A stretch of 64,000 bases of DNA from Eledone cirrhosa (taxonomy: Eukaryota): positions 14,260,001 through 14,324,000 of the forward strand of contig OZ024758.1 in assembly GCA_964016885.1 (NCBI GenBank), read 5' to 3'. The notes beneath the pieces are model-generated. The model saw only the letters and a program-made list of their open reading frames with translations. It was not told the DNA's origin and searched no databases. Within the stretch, counting starts at the first letter, position 1, and each line of letters begins with the position of its first letter. A program made the translations under genes and the position numbers. Shown here piece by piece: positions 55,359 through 64,000 of the stretch.

Positions 55359-55752
55359 TATATGAAATATAAGAATCAAAGAACTGTTCAAAACATTATT
55401 GTGCTTACAGCTGTTTCCTCCAAACCGAGGTTTGGATTCTTCGGAGCAATTTATTAATGCATGGACAGTTATATGACCTCCTTTTCAGCCGAGAGACATA
55501 CCGATACATATTCAAACATTGTGGGTCAACATTCATTACAGAATTTAGAGTGTACTGCCACTCTAAATTCTGTAATGAATGTTGACCCACAATGTTTGAA
55601 TATGTATCGGTATGTCTCTCGGCTGAAAAGGAGGTCATATAACTGTCCATGCATTAATAAATTGCTCCGAAGAATCCAAACCTCGGTTTGGAGGAAACAG
55701 CTGTAAGCACAATAATGTTTTGAACAGTTCTTTGATTCTTATATTTCATATA
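55359..55752. repeat. Apparently perfect inverted repeat, 194-bp arms with 6-nt loop; probable Penelope-like terminus
   Basis: Arms 55359-55552 and 55559-55752; ORF track gives the same peptide on both strands except at the loop. Confidence 0.93.
55663..55709 (+). ncRNA. Hammerhead ribozyme-like motif (mirror copy at 55402-55448 on the minus strand)
   Basis: ugcu-CCGAAGA-a-uccaaacc(uc)gguuugga-g-GAAA-c(agcu)g-UA-agca; palindromic stem III, U4C core variant. Confidence 0.55.
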
Positions 55753-55784
<32 letters not shown>

Positions 55785-56047
55785 CACACACACACTGCAC
55801 CTCCTACATTGAGGTCCTATGTGTCAAGTGGTATCAAAAACAGTAACAATAACCACCTATATTAATGTGCATGTATAAATAACGATATATATACTACACC
55901 ACCTACATCAATGTATGTATAAAGAATAATATATATATATATATACTGATCCACTTTACATTAACATAGTCTTCATAACAAAAGTGAGGTTACATGGACC
56001 ATCTCCTATTCTCTAATAATGAAAGGCACTGATTTGGGGTGTTTAAA

Positions 56048-56185
56048 TCACAACTCATCATGAAATTGTGCAGCTTTTAGAAACCATTCTTCGTAGACTT
56101 TCTTGGGATCAATCATCCAGTGTTTGTGGAAGGAAATCGGATCCTGGAGTTCCAGTAGTTTTTTGCTATAATCGTTGGGTCTTGC
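56048..56185 (-). CDS. B3GLCT: B3GLCT terminal coding exon ending in HDEL
   Basis: aaacag acceptor; ARPNDYSKKLLELQDPISFHKHWMIDPKKVYEEWFLKAAQFHDEL then TGA. Confidence 0.94.
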   Translation of the reverse strand, partial: ARPNDYSKKLLELQDPISFHKHWMIDPKKVYEEWFLKAAQFHDEL

Positions 56186-57193
56186 CTGTTTAGTGAAATA
56201 TAAAAAGACAAAACATCATATCATCAAAATAAGTGTAACATCTTCACAGATGGAATGATAGTAACAATACAAAGATGAGGATATGTCACACTGTCTGGAA
56301 ATCAAATACACAACCTTATGATTGACAGCCTGACACCCTAACCATTATGCCACATACCAACCAAACAGATGCAGTTCTTAATATAATTCCAGTCACACAA
56401 ATGCCATTCTTTGTGTCATTGCAACCAAACAGGAGTTGACATGACCTCCATCTTTGACTGGCTACCACTCTGATTTAGTAAGCCCTATATTGTTTAAGTA
56501 TAGCAGCAAATTGGCAGAGACGTTAGAACATCAGATAGAATACTTTGTGGTTTTCATTTCGGCTCTCTGAGTTCAAATTTGCCTTTTACTCATTCAAGGT
56601 CGATAAAAAAAGTCTTCCTCTATATCTATTTCTCACTTCCATTCCCTCAATCTCTATCATACTCAGGAAGAAATCTGCTGTATTCAGACCTGGAGAGGAT
56701 TGGGCTCGGCTGGGTTTAAAAAATGCCCTAGTAATATGGCGCCCCTACGACTCCCTCAAGAATTATGAAACCATGAGGCCATCATCGATCACTAATGACC
56801 ATCGTTTTGCACCTAGAAAGTTTCCCTTCGACGCACAAGCCTGAGCAAGGTGTGTTTGTGGAAGACCAGTAGTCACCCATGCATATCAGTCTCTCCTCTC
56901 CACGCCACTGATATTTTCCAAGAGAAAGGCAATGGCCGATACAGCTTGGCACCAGTGACGTCGCAACTCATTTCTACAGCTGAGTAAACTGGAGCAACAC
57001 GAAATAAAGTGTCTTGCTGAAGGACACAACGCATCACCTGGTTCGAGAATCAAACTCACAAACCCTCAATTACAAGCCCAACACTTCCAACACTTTAACC
57101 CTTAAGCCACTCGCCTTCATGGGACCATACATACATATTGTTTAAGTAAGACAACAATATAGAGTAGAAGTGAAGACAAGCTATGGAGTTTAC

Positions 57194-57341
57194 CTGGTGA
57201 AACAATGAACTGTGAATAACAGGAATGTTGAGATTCTGTAGACATATACCAATTATCATGTCATCTGGGGAATCATCTCGAGGACAGGTACAGAGATTAC
57301 TGGTCACCATTGTCTGGACAGCTGCTCGACTAAACACCATC
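57194..57341 (-). CDS. B3GLCT: B3GLCT exon
   Basis: cacaag/gtaaac; 148 nt; MVFSRAAVQTMVTSNLCTCPRDDSPDDMIIGICLQNLNIPVIHSSLFHQ. Confidence 0.94.
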
Positions 57342-58265
57342 CTTGTGGAGAGAATCATAAACAATAGGTCATTGGAATAGTAGATGGTTAATGGTGAAAA
57401 AAAAAAAAACCGTCTAACCCATGCTAGCGTGGAAGATGGACGTTAAACGATGATGATGATGATGAATACTTATAAGACAACTAAAGTCTAAAGTCTGTTT
57501 TAAACCAGAAGGCTCGTTAGGCCGGTGTTTATTCTAGTTTCATGGCATGAAGTGACTGAGAGTACAAGACTTCCCCCTGGATAGGACACCAGTCCATTGC
57601 AGGGATAAACCTCCCAGCTATTGCTGGTTCTCATTTTCAGCTGAGTATACTGAAGCAACGTAAAATGAAGTGTCTTGTTCAAGAACACAACACACAACCC
57701 AGCCAGGAATTGAACCCATGAGATTATAAGTCCGACCCCCTTAACACTAGGTTAAGGGGGTCAGACTTATAATGTCATGCGCCTTCACATAAGACAACAC
57801 AAATAGCTGTCATACACCAGGACATCAAAGTTATAAAAAAATGCACCCAGTAAACCCTGTAAATTGATTGGTGACAGAAAGGGCATCCTGCTGTGGAAAC
57901 GATGTCCACAAGGATAAGGAACACTCTTCAGTTATGTCGGTGACAACATCTCTAGTGTTTCAGTCCTTATATCATCGTCATCACCTTTTAGCGTCCATCT
58001 TCCCATGCTAGAATGGGTTAGACGAGTTGTCCTGTTGTGAGACAAGCCAGATCAGGTGACCATGTCTTGCTTATACGGGAACTGATTTTGGCTTGGCTTC
58101 TACAGCTGAATGCCCTTCCTAACTTCAACCTCATTTATAGTGAGTACTGGGTGCCTTTTAATGTGACACCTATACGACCACTTTACAGTGTCGGCTGGGT
58201 GCTTTTTATTGTGACACCTACATGACCTATATATATATATATATATATATTAATATAAAGTAATA

Positions 58266-58630
58266 CACACATCAATATGAACTGATATACACATCAATAT
58301 GAGATGATATACACATCAATATGAGATGATATACACATCAATATGAGATGATATACACATCAATATGAGATGATATAACACATCAATATGAGATGATATA
58401 ACACATCAATATGAGATGATATAACACATCAATATGAGGTGATATACACATCAATATGAGGTGATATACACATCAATATGAGATGATATACACATCAATA
58501 TGAGATGATATACACATCAATATGAGGTGATATACACATCAATATGAGATGATATACACATCAATATGAGGTGATATACACATCAATATGAGATGATATA
58601 CACATCAATATGAGGTGATATACACATCAG
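58266..58630. repeat. 22-bp minisatellite next to a B3GLCT splice donor
   Basis: Unit tacacatcaatatgagatgata, about 16 copies. Confidence 0.92.
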
Positions 58631-58639
58631 TATACTTAC

Positions 58640-58762
58640 CCTCCACCTCCAGTGATGTAATTGTAACCAGAGCCTGTTGTTACACCATAACCATATCTCT
58701 CTCCAATAGCCAGGGCTTCGTTTGGGTTGTAACAGGCCAATAGTTTCCGCAGTCTTGTGATA
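58640..58762 (-). CDS. B3GLCT: B3GLCT exon
   Basis: ttacag/gtaagt; 123 nt, phase 2/2; [42 protein letters not shown]. Confidence 0.94.
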
Positions 58763-59389
58763 CTGTAATAATCACCAATAAAGAAATTATTATTATACAA
58801 CTGGAGGCACATGGCTTAGTGGTTAGAGCATTGGGCTTGCAATCGAAAGGTTGTGAGTTCAATTCTCAGACCGGGTGATGTGTTGTTTCCTTGAGCAAGA
58901 CACTTTATTTCACATTGCTCCAGTTTACTCAGCTGTAGAAATGAGATGATAGGACTGCATCCTTTAAAACCCTCATGCTTCCCGAAATTCGCCAAAACTA
59001 CACCTGATGTACCCCTTCCATACACATGCACACATGTATATATCATGACTCATACACTGTTCATTTTCCTGACGTTTGTACATTACCCTATGTACTATAC
59101 ATACACTTTTTGATGAGTTGTAGTGCACCTGAGCACTGTACACAATATTTTCATTATTATTTCATCAACACTAGGTCATCTGCATACAATAACTACCATG
59201 GTAAATCCTCCTTTACACTTCAGGCGGGTAGATCACATGTTTTCATACCCAGAGTTACTCAGCATAAACTGGCAGAGCTCTAAGCACACTTGATGTACCC
59301 AAAGGTTTGAAAGATGGAACACACACACATACATACACACACACACACATACATACACATAAACATGTTAGGTTAAAATCCTTGCTTAC

Positions 59390-59492
59390 CTAATGATGGT
59401 ATCATCGTCAACAATAACTAACCATGGTTTACTGGAGATTGATGGTTCACGAAGGGCTCGTATGAAGATGTTGTATGTCTTTTTACAGTGAC
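59390..59492 (-). CDS. B3GLCT: B3GLCT exon with DxD motif
   Basis: tttcag/gtaagc; 103 nt; GHCKKTYNIFIRALREPSISSKPWLVIVDDDTII. Confidence 0.94.
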
Positions 59493-59776
59493 CTGAAATG
59501 GTATACAATATCTATATATTATAACATTACCTCTGTTGTACAATAACAGAATTATTACACTTATGTGTTATATCACCACCTGTGTTGTACAATGATCTAG
59601 TTATGATATGTTATATGATATCTGTGTTATAACAATGTGTAGAAATGTAACTTGGAATAGTATATATATATATATATATCTATGTTATATAACACTATAA
59701 TTCTGTGGCTTGGGATTATATATGTTATAACACTGATTGTGCTGTATTGTGACTTGGAGCAAATAACATCTATATA

Positions 59777-60100
59777 CTGGCCTTGCAATCGAAAGGTTGT
59801 GAGTTCAATTCTCAGACCGGGTGATGTGTTGTTTCCTTGAGCAAGACACTTTATTTCACATTGCTCCAGTTTACTCAGCTGTAGAAATGAGATGATAGGG
59901 ACTGGGGTCCCTATCATTCCACTGCAAAGTGGTCGTGGAGGTGCCACGGCAAAAAAGCACCTAGCACTCACTGTAAATGAGGTTGGTGTTAGGAAGGGCA
60001 TCCAGCTGTAGAAATCAAGCCATAATCAGTTCCCGTCCCACCCTTGCAAGCAGGGAAAAGTGGACGTAAAATGAAATGATGATGATGAAATGATGATGAT
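59777..60100 (+). mobile_element. 5'-truncated tRNA/RTE SINE in a B3GLCT intron
   Basis: Same family; a head-only copy lies at 58803-58953. Confidence 0.82.
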
Positions 60101-61058
60101 ACCCCCCTCCACTTCACTCACCTCAAACCCTACACTGACCTATGATGATGATGATGATGATGATGAGGATGATCTCACCAGTTTGGAAGTGTGGGCTCTG
60201 CAAAAGTCATGAGAACTACTCCTCCCTCCTGACTAAGCCATAACAACTATTGTGTAGCTGTACTCACCACACTTGGCCAATTGCAGGTGAGTGAGGCTAT
60301 TTACTGCATAGTTGGAGTGGATGGCTGTTGACTGTGAGGAGTTCATCTGCCCTTTTAACAGCTCTTGTTTTTTGAGCTGTGGGGTTCTACTTACCTTCCT
60401 CACCAGACCAGGATCTGGTGGGGGAGCTGGTTTAGTTGCTGACCACTCGACCACGAAGCAGGTTGTACTGGATTACATGGTACCAGTCGCAGGCAGGAGC
60501 CGCACCTAACAGTGGATTGGCAGTATCGGATGCCATGCTTTGCAGCATAGAGTTACGGCCCTTTATGATCTGAGTTCAAATCCCGCCGAGGTTCACTTTG
60601 CCTTTCATCCTTACGGGCTCGATAAAATAAAGTACCAGTAATACACTGGGTAATTGATGGCCTTGTGCCAATAGTAGAAACAATTATGAAGATGTGTTGA
60701 TGGAAATTATTTAGAAGCTTGTTGGATAGATTGTACTTGTAAATGAAAGGACCTGACATTAAGGTATTGTTCTCAAAATAAATAACATCAAAATCTCATA
60801 GATTAGATATTATGTGAGATAATTACATAAGATAAAGCCTTTACCACAAAAATACTATAGTATATATAGAGTAATGTGAATGTTATGTGAGATAATTATG
60901 TGAGATAATTATGTGAGATAAAGCCTTTACCACAAAAATACAATAGTATATATAGAGTAATGAAAATACTAAAGGGTTAAGTTTACCAGCTGAAAAATAT
61001 AAAAAATATAACCAAATATTTGAAATCAGTACAAAAACCCCTCAAATGTTGATATTAC

Positions 61059-61172
61059 CTCTTTCTGTATTTGGAACTCCAAGACTAATTGTTGGTATGG
61101 ATAAATCTTCAACATCACTGTAGAACTCAATATGTTTTGCTTCTCTTACCCACGTAGACTTAATAATTGGTA
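61059..61172 (-). CDS. B3GLCT: B3GLCT exon
   Basis: tttgtag/gtaata; 114 nt, phase 1/1; LPIIKSTWVREAKHIEFYSDVEDLSIPTISLGVPNTERG. Confidence 0.93.
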
Positions 61173-61561
61173 CTACAAAGATAGAAAAATACAAGAGAAT
61201 AAGACATGGCATACACATGCAGCAAATAGTTATAAAAGGGTTAAGTTATGTTCCAAATACCAGCTTAATAACAAGAAAGTTAGATATATTACTAAATCCC
61301 TCCAAATTCTTGGTTATTTTCAAAATTATGTGAAAATTCTTGCTCTAGGCTCTTGAAATCATTCAGGGAAGAGGAACCCCTCCCTGGACTCCTTTCACAG
61401 ACTCTTGTCCCTTGCCAGTCTTGGCTATGAGGGTCCCAGGTGGTTGGTGAGATATGGCAACAAAAGTCACTACCCACTTTACTTCCACAGAACTTGCTCA
61501 GGTTGCTGAAGAACTAAATAACAGACTTAATGAACAGAATAATTTCAATATAAATACTTAC

Positions 61562-61631
61562 ATCGTTCGTTATGAAATTTCTGACAGGTCTTAACAGCAA
61601 CAAACAAGTCATTATTAGAAATAGGGGTTCC
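61562..61631 (-). CDS. B3GLCT: B3GLCT exon
   Basis: ttccag/gtaagt; 70 nt; GTPISNNDLFVAVKTCQKFHNER, the fringe-like FVAVKT..KFH..R motif. Confidence 0.93.
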
Positions 61632-62834
61632 CTGGAATAAACAACATTAACAAACATTATTATATTGGATTGGCAGCATCGGTAGAGGGTCGGATGCCAT
61701 GCTTTCCAGCATAGTTACGTCCCTTTACGATCTGAGTTCAAATCCAGCCGAGGTTGACTTTGCCTTTCATCCTTATGGCGGTCGATAAAATAAAGTACCA
61801 GTAATACACTGGGTAATTGCTGGCCTTGTGCCTAAAAATTAGAAACAATTATTATATCTCTAGTCTAAAAAAATCTAAAGTCTGTCTCAAGTTCGGAGGC
61901 TCATCAGGCTGGCGTTTATCCTGGTTTCATGGTGTCAAGGGACCGAGAGTACAAGATTTGAGGTCAGCTTTCACCACCTCTGCCCAGGCCTTTCTCGGTC
62001 TACCTCTACTGTGGCTTGCTTCCACTAGCATTTCCTGGCACTTCTTCATTCATCAATCACCATCCGTGCACATCACGTCCATACCAACGCAGTCTTTTCT
62101 CCTGCACACCACCTCGGATTCCTCTTAACCATTTAATGTTCAAACCGGCCAAAATTTTCTACCTCTTTCTGTTAAAACTGGCCACTCATACTGATGTTAA
62201 GATATTGTTCTCAAAATAAATACTTTCAAAATCTCATAGATTCGATATTATGTGAGATAATTATGTGAAGTAAAGCCATTACCATGAAAATATAATAGTA
62301 TATATAGAGTAATGTGAATGCTAAAGGGCTAAACCCACTTTTTCTTCCTCAGTTTGTCTAAGCTCTGCCTTTCTCTCACATTTACATTGTATATCCAACA
62401 AAGCATAGTTGCTTCATTTCCCTCCAGTTTAACAAAGAACTTAAATATATAACAACATTAATGTTCCATGTGGGTTTAGCTGGTCTCCTATGAGGTTTCT
62501 TAGGTATTTTGATAGTAGGAGCCCTTAATCCTATCATGAAAAGACTCCACTTTAACTGAACACCTGCTTGTTGCAAGAGTTAACCCCACCTCCCAGCTGC
62601 TGCTTCTATTCTTTCTTTTTTTTTCATCTGAGTGAACTGGAACAAGAAATGAAGCATCTTGCTCAAGTGCACAATGTGTTGCCTGATCTAGGAATCAAAC
62701 CCATGACCCTGTGATTCTGACATCAACAACCTAACCACCAGGCCTTCACAACAACATTAGTGAAAGGTAGATGACTAATGCAGATTTTTTTTCACAGTAG
62801 GAGGAGTGGTAGATAGACAAAGAAACATACTTAC

Positions 62835-62948
62835 ACAGTGTGGGAATTTATGAGGTAAATATACAGCACAATCCTGCTTCCTGTTACAAAACTCTGGCAC
62901 ATCAGTGAGAGAAACACCATTTCCATCATCCCAAATGTACATAGCAAG
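62835..62948 (-). CDS. B3GLCT: Beta-1,3-glucosyltransferase exon (first of 7 in window; upstream exons lie beyond the window end)
   Basis: ttttcag acceptor, gtaagt donor; 114 nt, phase 0/0; LAMYIWDDGNGVSLTDVPEFCNRKQDCAVYLPHKFPHC resembles vertebrate B3GLCT [21 protein letters not shown]. Confidence 0.9.
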
Positions 62949-62980
62949 CTGAAAATATATTAAAATAGTATAGTTATATA

Positions 62981-63403
62981 CGGCATACGTCAAAACGGCC
63001 GGTCTCAAAAGTGAAACTAATGTTTGACAGTTACGTACACGTTATAAAAGTTATTTAAATTTATATATATAAAATAAAGGAGCAAATAAGAGCATGATAT
63101 GAAGTCAGTCATGTGTGTGTGTAAACGAATGTAAAAGAATATATGTAGGGCATAGATAAGGTTTCCTAGAATTTTACACACACACACGTGTATATATTAT
63201 AGTGTGTATGTGTGCATATATAAGTGTATATGTGTGTACTTTTACATTCGTTTACACACACACACACACACATGACTGACTTCATATCATGCTCTTATTT
63301 GCTCCTTTATTTTATATATATAAATTTAAATAACTCTTATAACGTGTACGTAACTGTCAAAAATTAGTTTCACTTTTGAGACCGGCCGTTTTGACGTATG
63401 CCG
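62981..63403. repeat. Inverted repeat, ~160-bp arms with ~100-nt spacer, in a B3GLCT intron
   Basis: Arms 62981-63137 and 63239-63403 with a few mismatches. Confidence 0.9.
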
Positions 63404-64000
63404 TTATATACCATCATCATCATCATCATCATTTAACGTCTAACTTCCACGCTAGCATGGGTTAGACAGGTTTGTCCCATTTGAGGCAAATTGGGTCGCG
63501 TGGCCGTGTCTCGCTCATATAGGACTGTTTCTGGCTGGATGCCCTTCTTAACACCAACCACTTTACAGAGTGTGTTGGGTGCTTTTTGCCGTGACTCCTA
63601 CACAACCACTTTTCAGAGTAAGAGTGGTGTGGGTGGAAGTGGAAGGGAGGTGTAGGGGTGTATTGGATTAAGAGGTGCCTATTGGGTATAAGTTTAAGTC
63701 GTATGCAAGGGAAGGCAGGTCTTATATATCATCATCGTTTAACGTCCATGTTCCACGCTTGCATGGGTTTGGATATATATATATACACACACACGGGTTT
63801 GGATATATATATATATACACACACACATGGGTTTAGATATATATATACACACACACATATGTATATCATTATTGTTAAATATAATATTATTATATATACT
63901 TGGTGGATTGGTAGTATCAGTTCAGTAGAGCATCAGGAAACATGCTTTGCAGCACTGAGTTATAACCCTTTATATTCTGAGTTTTAATCCCACCGAGGTT

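Noticed and set aside
55405-55706. Pair of near-identical 81-aa genes on opposite strands
   Set aside because: A consequence of the inverted repeat

Overview
AT-rich, repeat-dense eukaryotic DNA. The SINE/LINE families and microsatellite load suggest a cephalopod (octopus-like) genome, which is an inference. One host gene is clear: the last 7 coding exons of a beta-1,3-glucosyltransferase (B3GLCT, fringe-like GT31) on the minus strand (62948 down to 56048), with GT-AG sites and phases I checked by hand, a DDD motif and a C-terminal HDEL. The rest is mostly mobile DNA: an RTE LINE with an open 1020-aa ORF carrying a PHD-like finger, partner SINEs sharing its 5'UTR and 3' tail, Nin-domain SINEs, CR1-like, CRE-like and mariner fragments, a non-autonomous Helitron with exact termini, TTAA-flanked piggyBac-like MITEs and several TE-seeded minisatellites. 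The most unusual signal is a set of at least six fold-back hairpins, mostly beside (TA)n tracts, several carrying hammerhead-ribozyme-like motifs typical of Penelope-like element termini. Two of them flank B3GLCT (probable 3'UTR, and next to a splice acceptor). Repeat boundaries were read by eye and are approximate unless exact termini are quoted.
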